Positions 9,369-18,468 of a stretch of DNA of 64,000 nt are shown here, one piece after another. A program made the position numbers and the translations under genes. Source of the stretch: Candidatus Uhrbacteria bacterium (GTDB lineage Bacteria > Patescibacteriota > Patescibacteriia > UBA9934 > GWF2-40-263). The number at the start of each line of letters is the position of its first letter. The stretch's first letter is position 1. Location of the stretch: contig JBAXQK010000003.1 of the NCBI GenBank assembly GCA_037131775.1, positions 76,439 to 140,438 on the forward strand, in the 5' to 3' direction. The notes under the pieces were generated by a model. It saw only the letters and a list, made by a program, of their open reading frames with translations, had not been told where the DNA came from and ran no database searches.

Positions 9369-10643
9369 CTAATCGTTCCTCCGGTACACCTTCGCCCCAG
9401 ACGACCACAGCTTCCACGCCTCGCCGACGGGAAGGATCGAGACGAAGTACTGCAGGTCCGCGGCCTTGCGGATGAGATAGCCGAGGAGGCCCGTCAGATG
9501 GAACCAGCCGAAGTCGGCGATGGCGTACGTTCCCCCCATGGGGACGACGGTGACCCAGCGGTCGGGCGGGGTCCAGGACATCGGGAGCTTTCGCTCGAGG
9601 GTGCGCGCGATGTTTTCCGCGACGATGGCGGCCTCCTTCACCGCGGCCTGCGCGAGCGCCGGGACGCGCTTCTTCGTCTTCGGATGCGTGAAGGCGGCGC
9701 AGTCGCCGAGGGCATAAACGTTCTTCGTTCCCTCGACGAGGAAGTTCGGCGTCACCTTGACGTATCCGCGATCGTCCACCGGAAGGCCCCACGTCTTCAC
9801 GACGTCGAGCGACTTTACTCCCGCGGTCCACACGATCACGTCGGCCTCATGCCGGACCGTCGTCCCGTCCGCCCGTTCGAGCGTAACCGCGTTCGCCTCC
9901 AAGGACTTGAGCTTCGTGGCGGCAAGGACGCTGATGCCGAGCGCGTGGAGGCGTTCCTTGGCGCAGCGACGAACGGGCGCCGGGAACATCGAGAGGATGT
10001 CCGGGCCGGCCTCGACGAGCGAGATGTCGTAGTCCCGGCGCAGCAGCGTCTCCTCATCGATCATCCGGTGAAAGAAGTTCGCTGTCTCCGAGGCGAACTC
10101 GGTTCCCGACGCGCCGCCGCCCACGACCAGAATCGAAAGACGCTTTTCCTTCCCGTCCTTGTAAGATCGAATGAACTCGAACATTCGCTCGCGGATGGCG
10201 AACGCGTCCTTGAGCGTCTTCATGGGCAACGCGAACTTGTCCGCGCCGGCGATTCCGTACGTGGCGCTCTCGACTCCGACCGCGACCACGAGGTCGTCGT
10301 ACGGGATCGTTTCCCCGCTCGATAGCGCGACGTTCTGCTCGGCAGCGTCGACGGTCGCGACGGTCCCCTGGACGAACCGGATATTCTTTTTCTTGATGAT
10401 GTTCCGAACCGCGTCAATCTGGACGCACGCCCCGCTCTGCAGTTCGCCGACGCACGCGTCCGACGACAATTCCAGATCCCCGCTCGACACCTCGTAGAGC
10501 AGCGGCGTGTACAGGTGCTCGGGACGCGGGTCGACGAGCGTGATCTCGAACGCCTTAAGCCGCACCTTGCGCTTGGCAAGCTCGAGCGCCGTGCGCAGGC
10601 CGCCGAATCCGGCGCCGATTATTACGATTTTGTGAGAATCCAT
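9369..10643 (-). CDS. ndh: type II NADH dehydrogenase (NDH-2) / FAD-dependent pyridine nucleotide-disulfide oxidoreductase
   Basis: Two dinucleotide-binding motifs IVIIGAGFGG and ILVVGGGASGTEF. ATG at 10641-10643 (track start 10658 is TTG). Confidence 0.8.
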   Translation of the reverse strand: MDSHKIVIIGAGFGGLRTALELAKRKVRLKAFEITLVDPRPEHLYTPLLYEVSSGDLELSSDACVGELQSGACVQIDAVRNIIKKKNIRFVQGTVATVDAAEQNVALSSGETIPYDDLVVAVGVESATYGIAGADKFALPMKTLKDAFAIRERMFEFIRSYKDGKEKRLSILVVGGGASGTEFASETANFFHRMIDEETLLRRDYDISLVEAGPDILSMFPAPVRRCAKERLHALGISVLAATKLKSLEANAVTLERADGTTVRHEADVIVWTAGVKSLDVVKTWGLPVDDRGYVKVTPNFLVEGTKNVYALGDCAAFTHPKTKKRVPALAQAAVKEAAIVAENIARTLERKLPMSWTPPDRWVTVVPMGGTYAIADFGWFHLTGLLGYLIRKAADLQYFVSILPVGEAWKLWSSGAKVYRRND

Positions 10644-10773
10644 AGGGGAAAGAAACAAAATTCAAGAAGGGCAAGATGCAAAGAAGATTCAACGGCCAAG
10701 GGACAAAATTGAAATTTTACGTTTCAACTTTGATTCTTCCTTGTCTCTTGCCCTTCTTGCATTTGCCTCTTTC

Positions 10774-11781
10774 TCACAGTCCTCCGACGTGCTCCGCCAT
10801 CTCAACCAGCCGCACGGAGTACCCCCACTCGTTGTCGTACCACGCAAGGACCTTCACGAGGTCGCCGTCCACGACGCGCGTCATCTCGAGGTCGACGACC
10901 GACGAGAAGGTCGATCCGATGAAGTCGGACGAGACGAGCGGGACGTCGGACACGCCGAGGATTCCCTTGTAGCGCGGCGAGGCGGCAGCCTTCTTGAAGG
11001 CGTCGTTGATCTCCTCGACGGTCACCTTGCGCTTGAGCACGAAGGTAAAGTCGGACAGCGAGACGTCGAGCGTCGGAACGCGGATGGCGAGCCCGTCGAA
11101 CTTGCCCTTGAGCTCGGGGACGACCTCGGTCACGGCCTTCGCGGCCCCGGTCGACGTCGGCACGATGTTCACGAGCGCGGCGCGGGCGCGGCGCATGTCG
11201 GGGTGCATCTTCGGCGGCAGGCCGTCAACGATGTTCTGCTCGGCGGTCACGGAATGCACGGTCGTCATCATCGCCTTCTTCACGCCGAACAGCTCGTGCA
11301 TGATCTGCGCGACCGGAGCGATCGAGTTCGTGGTGCACGACGCGTTGTTCACGATCGCGTCCGAGCCCTTCGCGCTCTTGTGGTTCACGCCCATAAGAAA
11401 CGTCGGCACGTCCTTCGCCGGCGCCGAGATCACAACCTTCTTCGCGCCCGCGACAAGATGCGCGGACGCCTTCTCCTTGTCTGCGAACCGACCGGTCGAC
11501 TCGATGACGACGTCGACTTTGAATTGCTTCCACGGCAGCTTCGTCGGCTCCGTCTCCGCCACGATGGGGATGATCTGCCCGTCGACGATGAGGTTGTGCT
11601 CGTCAAACGAAACCTCGTGCGGCCAGGTGCGCATCACGGAATCATATTTCAAAAGGTGCGCGAGGATCTTCGGCTCGGTCAAGTCGTTGATCGCGACGAA
11701 CTTCGTCCCCTTCCGTCCGAATCCGATTTTGAACGCGTTGCGGCCGATTCGGCCAAAGCCGTTGATTGCGATGCGAAGCAT
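10774..11781 (-). CDS. gap: glyceraldehyde-3-phosphate dehydrogenase
   Basis: MLRIAINGFGRIGRNAFK...; SCTTNS active-site region; 335 aa. Confidence 0.93.
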   Translation of the reverse strand: MLRIAINGFGRIGRNAFKIGFGRKGTKFVAINDLTEPKILAHLLKYDSVMRTWPHEVSFDEHNLIVDGQIIPIVAETEPTKLPWKQFKVDVVIESTGRFADKEKASAHLVAGAKKVVISAPAKDVPTFLMGVNHKSAKGSDAIVNNASCTTNSIAPVAQIMHELFGVKKAMMTTVHSVTAEQNIVDGLPPKMHPDMRRARAALVNIVPTSTGAAKAVTEVVPELKGKFDGLAIRVPTLDVSLSDFTFVLKRKVTVEEINDAFKKAAASPRYKGILGVSDVPLVSSDFIGSTFSSVVDLEMTRVVDGDLVKVLAWYDNEWGYSVRLVEMAEHVGGL

Positions 11782-11787
11782 AGGAAT

Positions 11788-11821
11788 AGTCGTTGAGTCT
11801 TTGAGTCGTTAAGTCGCTGAG
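11788..11821. repeat. tandem 8-nt direct repeats (GAGTCGTT-like x4) in the gap 5' leader
   Basis: AGTCGTTG AGTCTTTG AGTCGTTA AGTCGCTG. No inverted partner seen. Confidence 0.7.
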
Positions 11822-11909
11822 ACGAGGATAATATACCATAATCCAACAAAAAGAACCGCCCACAGGGTGAGCGGCCCGAGCCGGGAGCGACGAGCGCTCG
11901 ACCGGCAGG

Positions 11910-12170
11910 CTACTTGGCGCAGTGTTCCTTGATGGTCACCGTACCGTTGAGGACGCCGTACGAACTCTCCTCCTTGAAGGAGTACGTCTCGGCAACGTCC
12001 CCCTCGTGGAACGGCCGGGTGAGGTACCAAAGGTTCGCGTCCTTCCAGGTGACGTTGACCACCTTCTGGCAGTCGGGGATTTCCATGGTCGTGGACCCAC
12101 CCCAGCTTTTGGCTGCGATGTTGTCCGTGCAGCCGGACCCGAAAAGACAGAGAAGCAGAACGAAACGCAT
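11910..12170 (-). CDS. small secreted/lipoprotein (about 86 aa)
   Basis: MRFVLLLCLFGSGCTDNIAAKS... signal peptide with lipobox-like LFGSGC. Own promoter TTGACA(12233-12238)-16-TAGATT(12211-12216) on the minus strand. Confidence 0.55.
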   Translation of the reverse strand: MRFVLLLCLFGSGCTDNIAAKSWGGSTTMEIPDCQKVVNVTWKDANLWYLTRPFHEGDVAETYSFKEESSYGVLNGTVTIKEHCAK

Positions 12171-12245
12171 CGAATTCTCCAGACCACCAGCGGGATGCCA
12201 GCGGACGAACAATCTACCACAGCAATGAAGTCTGTCAACGCATGA

Positions 12246-12277
12246 ATGCAAAAACAGGGCTCGATTGAGCCCTGTTT
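12246..12277 (-). terminator. rho-independent terminator after tsf
   Basis: AAACAGGGCUC gauu GAGCCCUGUUU, then UUUUGCAUU. Perfect 11-bp stem. Confidence 0.8.
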
Positions 12278-12286
12278 AATCTCTTC

Positions 12287-12874
12287 CTAGGAAATCATGA
12301 ACCGTGCGAACCGGGCCACCTGGATGTTTTCCCCAATCGTGGAGATCTTTCCCTTGATGTACTCGCTGACCGTCAGGTCCTCGTCCTTGATGAAGGTCTG
12401 CTCCATCAGGCAGATTTCGCCGAACCACTTGTTCAGCTTGCCCTCGACGATCTTCTCGACGATTTCGGCCGGCTTGGCCTGCTCGGCCACCTCGGCGCGG
12501 AACAGTTCCTTCTGCTTCTCGACCAGGTCCTGCGGGACGTCCTCGCGGCGGACGTAGAGCGGGTCGGCGGCTCCCACGTGCATGGCGACGTCGTGGCAGA
12601 GCGCCCCGAACGCCTCGTTGCGGGCCACGAAGTCGGTCTCGCAGAGGATCTCGACCATCGCGCCAAGCTTGCCGTTGCCGTGCAGGTACGCGTGAACCTT
12701 CCCTTCCTTGGTCTCGCGCTCGGCCTTCTTGTCGGCCTTGGCAAGCCCCTTCTCCTGGAGCTTCTCCGCGGCAACCGTCAGGTCGCCGTTGGCTTCCTCA
12801 AGGGCCTTCTTCGCGTCCATCATTCCGGCACCGGTCATTTCGCGCAGCTGCGCGACGAGCTTTGCATCGATCAT
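12287..12874 (-). CDS. tsf: elongation factor Ts (short form)
   Basis: 195 aa; MIDAKLVAQLREMTGAGMMDAKKALEE... Downstream of rpsB. Confidence 0.9.
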   Translation of the reverse strand: MIDAKLVAQLREMTGAGMMDAKKALEEANGDLTVAAEKLQEKGLAKADKKAERETKEGKVHAYLHGNGKLGAMVEILCETDFVARNEAFGALCHDVAMHVGAADPLYVRREDVPQDLVEKQKELFRAEVAEQAKPAEIVEKIVEGKLNKWFGEICLMEQTFIKDEDLTVSEYIKGKISTIGENIQVARFARFMIS

Positions 12875-12904
12875 AATGAAAGATCTAAATGGTTGGTTTG
12901 AGAA

Positions 12905-13654
12905 CTACGCCGCCTTCGCCGGGGTCGCGGCCACCTTCGCGGCCTCCACGGCCTTCAGGTTGCGCATCGCCTCCGCCTTTCCTTCCGTAACGGCCTCGGC
13001 CACGAGGCGGGTGATCATCTCAATCGCCTTCACCGCGTCGTCGTTGGTCGGGATGACCATGTGTACGCCGCTCGGGTTCACGTTGGTGTCGCACATGGCG
13101 ACGACCTTCGTACCGGTGGTGTTGGCCTCCATGACCGCGGTCTTCTCGGTGCGGATGTCCACCACGAAGATCGCCTCCGGCGGCTTCTCAAGCATCTGGA
13201 TTCCACCAACCTTGTGCTCCATCTCCTCGATCTCGCGGCCGAGGACGATCTGCTCCTTCTTCGTGTACTTCTTCAGCTCGCCCTTCTCGCGCTGGTCCTT
13301 CAGCGAGCGGAGGCGCTTCAGCGTGACCTTGATCTGCGGGAAGTTGGTCAGCGTTCCGCCAAGCCAGCGCTCGGTCACGAACGGCATACCGCACTGTTCC
13401 GCGTACTTGCGCACGATCGGCTGCGCCTGGCGCTTGGTTCCGACGAACAGCACGTTGCCGCCGCGGGCCACCACGGAGCGAACGTACTCCAGGGCCTCCG
13501 GAAGCATCTTCTGCGTCTTCTCAAGGTCGACAATGTGAATGGATCCGCGCGATCCGAAAATATACGGCTTCATCTTCGGGTGCCAGCGCGACGTCTGGTG
13601 ACCAAAGTGAACGCCGGCCTGGAGCATCTCCACGAGCGAAGGCAATTTGCCCAT
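12905..13654 (-). CDS. rpsB: 30S ribosomal protein S2
   Basis: MGKLPSLVEMLQAGVHFGHQTSRWHPKMKPYIF... RBS AAGGAAAA 9 nt upstream. Confidence 0.93.
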   Translation of the reverse strand: MGKLPSLVEMLQAGVHFGHQTSRWHPKMKPYIFGSRGSIHIVDLEKTQKMLPEALEYVRSVVARGGNVLFVGTKRQAQPIVRKYAEQCGMPFVTERWLGGTLTNFPQIKVTLKRLRSLKDQREKGELKKYTKKEQIVLGREIEEMEHKVGGIQMLEKPPEAIFVVDIRTEKTAVMEANTTGTKVVAMCDTNVNPSGVHMVIPTNDDAVKAIEMITRLVAEAVTEGKAEAMRNLKAVEAAKVAATPAKAA

Positions 13655-13822
13655 AGTGTTATTTTCCTTTTATTGACCGTCGAAATGACAGGTCCACCGA
13701 AGGCACACGATCGAGCCCCGAGAAACGGGGAGGAAATCGACCGGAGTTTGTCCCTCTGTTTGATTAAACAGCCCTAAGGCTGACGACCGGGAGTGTACTA
13801 GAAGTACGGGAAATGGTCAATC
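13655..13822 (-). promoter_or_regulatory. structured about 168-nt 5' leader of rpsB-tsf (candidate S2 autoregulatory leader)
   Basis: Several hairpins: GUACU-ucu-AGUAC, CUGUUU-aauc-AAACAG, CCCCG-uuucu-CGGGG. The RBS is at the 3' end. Confidence 0.4.
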
Positions 13823-14944
13823 TTAGCGAATAAACATCGCGTCCCCGAACGAGAAGAACCGGTATCCGAGACGGACGGCTTCCTCGTAGGCCGCGACGAC
13901 GTTCTCCCTCCCCGCGAACGCGGAGACGAGGACGAGGAGGGTGGACTTTGGAAGGTGGAAGTTGGTGATGAGGGCGTCGATGACCTTGAACTCGAAGCCG
14001 GGGGTGATGAACAGGTTCACGTCGGCGGAGAAACCGTCGGCTGGCAAAACGTCCCTGTCATTGCGAGGTCCGCAGACCGAAGCAATCTCATCGAGGGATT
14101 GCTTCGTCGTTGAGACTCCTCGCAATGACGACGCGACGCCCTCGAGGACGCGGACGGTCGTCGTTCCAACCGCGACGATGCGACGACCTTCCCGCTTCGC
14201 CGCGTTGATGCGACCAGCCGTCTCCGCGTCGATCGACACGAACTCGGCGTGCATCACGTGTTCCTCGAGCGTCTCGGTCTTTACCGGGCGGAACGTGCCG
14301 ATCCCCACATGGAGCGTGACGAACTCGAACTGGACGCCCTTCGCCTTGAGCGTCGCGATCAGCGCGTCGGTGAAGTGGAACCCCGCGGTGGGCGCCGCGA
14401 CCGAGCCGACGGTCTTCGCGTACACGGTCTGATACTCGTCGAGCTTCGCTGGCGCCTTGTCCACGTACGGCGGAACCGGGATCTCGCCGTGCGCGTCCGC
14501 GAACGCGATGACCTCGTCGACCGTCGCGTTCATCTCGAGCGTCACGACCCCATCGTCCCTCTTCTCGACGACGACCGCGACCATCCCACGCAGATCGATC
14601 CAGTCCCCAAGGGCGACCTTCTTCCCAGGCCGCACCATCGCCGACCACCGCGTCCCTTCCCCGCGCAGCAGGAATACTTCGAGGCCGATCTTCTTTCCAG
14701 GGACGCTGACCGTCCCGCTCAATCGTGCCTTGAAAACTTTTGTGTTGTTCATCACCAGCACATCGCCCGCGACCAACTCGTCGACGATCTCCCAGAACAC
14801 CTTGTGCATACGCTCCCCCGACGCACGATCCAGCACCAACATTCGCGACGAATCGCGCGGGGAAACCGAAAACTGGGCGATTTGCTCGGGCGGGAGGTGG
14901 TAGTCGAACAGGGAGATGGGTGTGGGCACAAGGCGTAACGACAA
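13823..14944 (-). CDS. queA: S-adenosylmethionine:tRNA ribosyltransferase-isomerase
   Basis: Aligns with QueA from ...PISLFDYHLPPEQIAQ to ...RFFSFGDAMFIR. Track ORF 13823..15412 has a spurious N-terminal extension overlapping the divergent gene. Start uncertain: TTG 14944, GTG 14929 or ATG 14989. Confidence 0.8.
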   Translation of the reverse strand: MSLRLVPTPISLFDYHLPPEQIAQFSVSPRDSSRMLVLDRASGERMHKVFWEIVDELVAGDVLVMNNTKVFKARLSGTVSVPGKKIGLEVFLLRGEGTRWSAMVRPGKKVALGDWIDLRGMVAVVVEKRDDGVVTLEMNATVDEVIAFADAHGEIPVPPYVDKAPAKLDEYQTVYAKTVGSVAAPTAGFHFTDALIATLKAKGVQFEFVTLHVGIGTFRPVKTETLEEHVMHAEFVSIDAETAGRINAAKREGRRIVAVGTTTVRVLEGVASSLRGVSTTKQSLDEIASVCGPRNDRDVLPADGFSADVNLFITPGFEFKVIDALITNFHLPKSTLLVLVSAFAGRENVVAAYEEAVRLGYRFFSFGDAMFIR

Positions 14945-14990
14945 ATGAGTGAGTCCGTTGTAGACTGCGATTAATCTAACAGCCAATCGT

Positions 14991-15755
14991 ATGAACATCA
15001 AGCAATCCGCCTCGACCCTCGTCATCCTGGCCGCCGTCGCGCTCGTGGGCGCCGGGTGCCTTTCCTCGTCGAAGCCGGGAGAGACGAGGCCGATCGTCTC
15101 GGCGAAACCGACGCTCAACGTTCCTCCCGAGGTTCTCGGACAGGACACGCCGAGCGTCGCGCGACAGGAAACCACGACCACCTTCGCCACTGGACCGGAC
15201 GGATCGATGGTGACCACCGTCTCCGAAGATACGACGACGGTTCGCGACGCCACGTCGGGACTGACGTTCTCCGTTCCGACGTCGCTTGGGGAGATAAGAA
15301 CGCAGGATGAGAACGGATTCGGGACGGAGGGGACGAAGAGCGGGGATGGCAGTTCCGCGGACTGTCTCGTCCAGCGGTCGTTCCTGGCCGGCGACGTCAT
15401 CTTCCTCACCAACTACGACACCTTCCAGTGCGACCAGCCGGGACGCGGAGGATACTGGGGCGACCAGGCGCAAGCGTTCAAAACCGAAGCGGACATTGAG
15501 AAGTGGTGCAAAGCAAAGGACGCGTGCGACACGTTCGCGAACAAGAGCGGGATCACGATCTATCACGCCTTCACGAGGTCCGTGGAAGAGTATGGGACAA
15601 CCTATGCCGAAATCGACGAATACGGGGCCTGGAACGCAGAACGGTCCGTCCACGGCGTGCTCTTCTCGAACGAGGGCTTCGTCCAGGCGGGCGCCGGCAG
15701 ACAGCTGGAGACGCTGAAATCGATCGTCGATTCCCTGTCGTTCTACGTGGAATAA
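14991..15755 (+). CDS. secreted lipoprotein, unknown function
   Basis: MNIKQSASTLVILAAVALVGAGCLSS... signal peptide + Cys; GC3-rich; Cys pairs WCKAKDACD. Preferred over the antisense ORF 14976..15785. Confidence 0.6.
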   Translation: MNIKQSASTLVILAAVALVGAGCLSSSKPGETRPIVSAKPTLNVPPEVLGQDTPSVARQETTTTFATGPDGSMVTTVSEDTTTVRDATSGLTFSVPTSLGEIRTQDENGFGTEGTKSGDGSSADCLVQRSFLAGDVIFLTNYDTFQCDQPGRGGYWGDQAQAFKTEADIEKWCKAKDACDTFANKSGITIYHAFTRSVEEYGTTYAEIDEYGAWNAERSVHGVLFSNEGFVQAGAGRQLETLKSIVDSLSFYVE

Positions 15756-15765
15756 TGTCATTCGA

Positions 15766-15794
15766 TTGACATATTCCCGCGTCATTGCTACACT
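15766..15794 (+). promoter_or_regulatory. sigma70-type promoter of rpmE-prfA (TTGACA-17-TACACT), with overlapping palindrome ATGTCA-N6-TGACAT (15755-15772)
   Basis: TTGACA 15766-15771, 17-nt spacer, TACACT 15789-15794. Confidence 0.6.
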
Positions 15795-15819
15795 TCCGCT
15801 CGTTATTCCCCCACCTCAT

Positions 15820-16104
15820 ATGAAGAAAACAATTCACCCACAATACTTCCCGAAAGCGAAGATTTCCTGCGCCTGCGGGGCCAAGTACGAGATCGGCTCG
15901 ACGGTTCCGGAAATCGCGGTGGAATTGTGCGCCGCCTGCCACCCGTTCTACACGGGCAAGCAGAAGATCATCGACACGGCACGCCGCGTCGAGAAGTTCG
16001 GCGATAAGCTGACCAAGGTCGTTGCCGGGGCAAAGGTTGCCAAGAAGGCCAAGACCGAGGCGCGCACCGCCAAAAAGAAGGAAAAGGCCGTCAAAGCATC
16101 CTAG
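15820..16104 (+). CDS. rpmE: 50S ribosomal protein L31 (Zn-ribbon form) with Lys/Ala-rich C-terminal tail
   Basis: [11 protein letters not shown]...CACGAKYE...[10 protein letters not shown]. Consensus promoter upstream. Confidence 0.88.
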   Translation: MKKTIHPQYFPKAKISCACGAKYEIGSTVPEIAVELCAACHPFYTGKQKIIDTARRVEKFGDKLTKVVAGAKVAKKAKTEARTAKKKEKAVKAS

Positions 16105-16108
16105 GAAC

Positions 16109-17191
16109 ATGAACCTCATCGACGAGCTCACAAAGGTGAAGTCGCGTCAGAAAGAGCTCGAGACACTATTGAGTGACTCGAGCGTTCTTTCTAATACGGC
16201 GAGATTGCGCGAGGTAAACACGGAGTTCGGCGACGTGTGCGAGACTGTCGCGATTGGCGACCAATACGCCAGGGCCGTCTCGGACCTGAAGAGCGCGGAA
16301 TCGGCGCTTGCGAACGAGGCCGACCCGGACATGCGACAGATGGCGCTCGACGAGATCGCGCTCGTGAAGGGCCGCCTCCCCAAGCTGGAGGAGGACTTCA
16401 CGCTGGCACTCGTTCCGCCCGACCCGCTCGACAAGAAGAACACCATCGTGGAAATTCGCGCGGGCGCCGGCGGGGACGAGTCCGCGCACTTCGCGGGCGA
16501 GCTGTTCCGGATGTACACGCGGTATTCCGACGCGCAGGGATGGAAGATCCATCTTATCTCTTCGAGCCGCAACGACCTGGGCGGATTCAAGGAAGTTATC
16601 TTCTCGATGGAGGGAAAGAACGTGTACAGCCGCATGAAGTACGAGAGCGGCGTGCACCGCGTCCAGCGCGTCCCGGAAACCGAGAAGGCCGGGCGCGTGC
16701 ACACGTCGACGGTCACGGTCGCGATCATGCCGGAGGCCGAGGACGTGGACGTGAAGATCGACATGAAGGATTTGCGCATCGACACGATGACGTCGAGCGG
16801 CGCGGGCGGGCAGAGCGTGAACACCACGTACTCCGCCATCCGCATCATCCACATTCCCACGGGAATCATGGTGCAGTGCCAGGACGAGCGCAGCCAGACG
16901 CAGAACAAGGAGCGCGCCATGACGGTTTTGCGCGCCCGCCTGTTCGCGTTCGAGCAGGAGCGCGTGCGCAAGGAGCGCGAGGACAAGGTGCGCGGCCAGA
17001 TCGGGCATGGAAACCGGTCCGAGAAGATTCGCACGTACAACTTCCCGCAGGACCGCCTCACCGACCACCGCATCGGCCAGAACTTCCACAACCTGCCAAA
17101 AATCATGGAAGGCGACATCGACGAGATCGTGAATGCGCTCAAGACCGCCGAGCTGAATAATGCGTTCTTGGAAAACGACACGGACGACTGA
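16109..17191 (+). CDS. prfA: peptide chain release factor 1
   Basis: [18 protein letters not shown]...; GGQ motif [12 protein letters not shown]; RF1-type [17 protein letters not shown] 16109 is 4 nt after the rpmE stop. Confidence 0.92.
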   Translation: MNLIDELTKVKSRQKELETLLSDSSVLSNTARLREVNTEFGDVCETVAIGDQYARAVSDLKSAESALANEADPDMRQMALDEIALVKGRLPKLEEDFTLALVPPDPLDKKNTIVEIRAGAGGDESAHFAGELFRMYTRYSDAQGWKIHLISSSRNDLGGFKEVIFSMEGKNVYSRMKYESGVHRVQRVPETEKAGRVHTSTVTVAIMPEAEDVDVKIDMKDLRIDTMTSSGAGGQSVNTTYSAIRIIHIPTGIMVQCQDERSQTQNKERAMTVLRARLFAFEQERVRKEREDKVRGQIGHGNRSEKIRTYNFPQDRLTDHRIGQNFHNLPKIMEGDIDEIVNALKTAELNNAFLENDTDD

Positions 17192-17192
17192 T

Positions 17193-17867
17193 ATGCAGGC
17201 GGTCATCCTCGCGGCTGGAAAAGGGTTGCGCCTGCGTCCCATCACGGAATCGGTTCCCAAGGCGCTGGTGGACGTGTGCGGCACGCCGCTTCTTTTTCAC
17301 ATTCTGAATTCCCTGCCGTCGACGGTGACCGAGATCTTCGTCGTCGTTGGCTATCTCAGCGAGCAGATCCGCGCGGCGATCGGGGACGCGTTCGATGGGA
17401 AGACGGTCCGCTACGTCACGCAGGAACCGCTCGACGGGACCGGGAGCGCGCTGCGACTTTTGAAGGATGAGCTGCGTGAGAAATTTCTCGTCGTGAACGG
17501 AGATGACATGTACGGAAAAGACGATCTCGAACGTCTCGCACGACACGACCTCGCGGTCCTCGTCGCGCCGACGGAAGACGAGACGGGATCGACTGCGATG
17601 ATCGACGCGGCCGGACGGTTCGTCGGAATCCGAAACGACGCGATCGCGACCGCGCGCTCCCGCGTCTGCGGCGCATACGTCCTCGACAAAACGTTCTTCG
17701 ACGAGCCGCTCGCGACCGTGAACGTTCACGACAAAGTCGAGTACAGCCTCCCGCACACGATCGTCGCCATGGCGCGCGCCCATGCGATCGCGACGGAAGT
17801 TGCGACGCACTGGCAGCCGGTCGGCACGCACGAGGAACTGGCGAGAGTCCGAGCGACCTGTGCATAA
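17193..17867 (+). CDS. sugar-phosphate nucleotidyltransferase (NTP-transferase fold, 224 aa)
   Basis: MQAVILAAGKGLRLRPITESVPKALV... G-x-G-x-R-L motif. Starts 1 nt after the prfA stop. Confidence 0.75.
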   Translation: MQAVILAAGKGLRLRPITESVPKALVDVCGTPLLFHILNSLPSTVTEIFVVVGYLSEQIRAAIGDAFDGKTVRYVTQEPLDGTGSALRLLKDELREKFLVVNGDDMYGKDDLERLARHDLAVLVAPTEDETGSTAMIDAAGRFVGIRNDAIATARSRVCGAYVLDKTFFDEPLATVNVHDKVEYSLPHTIVAMARAHAIATEVATHWQPVGTHEELARVRATCA

Positions 17868-17875
17868 CTTCTTTG

Positions 17876-17899
17876 AAAAGTCCTTGACCGGACTTTTTT
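17876..17899 (+). terminator. terminator after NTP-transferase gene; loop doubles as a -35 box
   Basis: AAAAGUCC uugacc GGACUUUU + UU. Confidence 0.55.
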
Positions 17900-17912
17900 A
17901 AGTCGCTATATT
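17884..17912 (+). promoter_or_regulatory. near-consensus promoter TTGACC-17-TATATT driving the ORF-free region
   Basis: -35 at 17884-17889 is the terminator loop; -10 at 17907-17912. Confidence 0.55.
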
Positions 17913-17918
17913 GAATGA

Positions 17919-18450
17919 ACCGCTAGGCACGAGCGTAAGTTGAGATGGACGCAAGTCCGACCCAGCCCCAGCGACGCCATGCGATAGACGGAGAAGCAGG
18001 CCACGGTGCAAACCGTCGTGCGACTCCCTCGGGCCGTTCATCCCATTTGCATCGTACGCATTCCTGGCATAGCCACGCATCCAATCGACGCAAGTCGAGA
18101 CGGAACGCGGTTGTCCCCTCGGAACTTTGAGACGCTTGCGCCTCGAATACGGTCGGTGAGGATCATCGGTAACCAGTCCTCCAGCAGGAATCAACGAGAA
18201 GAACTGTCGCGCCTCCGGAGCAATCTGGAACAAGCCGTCCCAATGGACAAAGCCGAAAGCACGCTGTCGACCTCACCGTCGAGAGAAGCCTGAAAAATTC
18301 GCCGCCGGCGAATGCCACGTCTAAAAGACAAGCAGCTTGCAGCCGCAGCACTCACTCGTCGAAGACCAACGCGCCCACAGCGCCGCGATCACCATCTGGA
18401 CGGACTCCCCCTTCCCCCTACGTTGTGAGCTTGCTCCAACGTCTTTTTTT
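17919..18450 (+). ncRNA. candidate non-coding RNA locus (identity unknown)
   Basis: About 530 nt with no protein-like ORF on either strand. Preceded by TTGACC-17-TATATT and a terminator, and followed by a hairpin plus T7. Internal palindromes, e.g. attcgccgccggcgaat. Confidence 0.4.
18421..18450 (+). terminator. terminator closing the ORF-free region just upstream of prmC
   Basis: cgttgtgagcttgctccaacg (stems cgttg/caacg and gagc/gctc), then tcttttttt. Confidence 0.6.
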
Positions 18451-18468
18451 GTGTAAGAATGCATCCGT

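Noticed and set aside
14990-15412. N-terminal 140-aa extension of the queA ORF
   Set aside because: No homology to QueA, overlaps the divergent lipoprotein gene. QueA alignment begins at ...ISLFDYHLPPE.
14976-15785. Minus-strand ORF of 269 aa
   Set aside because: Antisense to the plus-strand lipoprotein ORF (14991..15755), which has a signal peptide, Cys pairs and better GC3 pattern. The minus ORF is Arg-rich.
17919-18450. Assigning the ORF-free transcribed region to RNase P RNA, tmRNA, SRP RNA or 6S RNA
   Set aside because: Only a 7-nt AAGUCCG match to RNase P P4. GGGUGAAA / GGUAAGAGCGCACC, the tmRNA T-arm/CCA end and the SRP domain IV motif are all absent on both strands.
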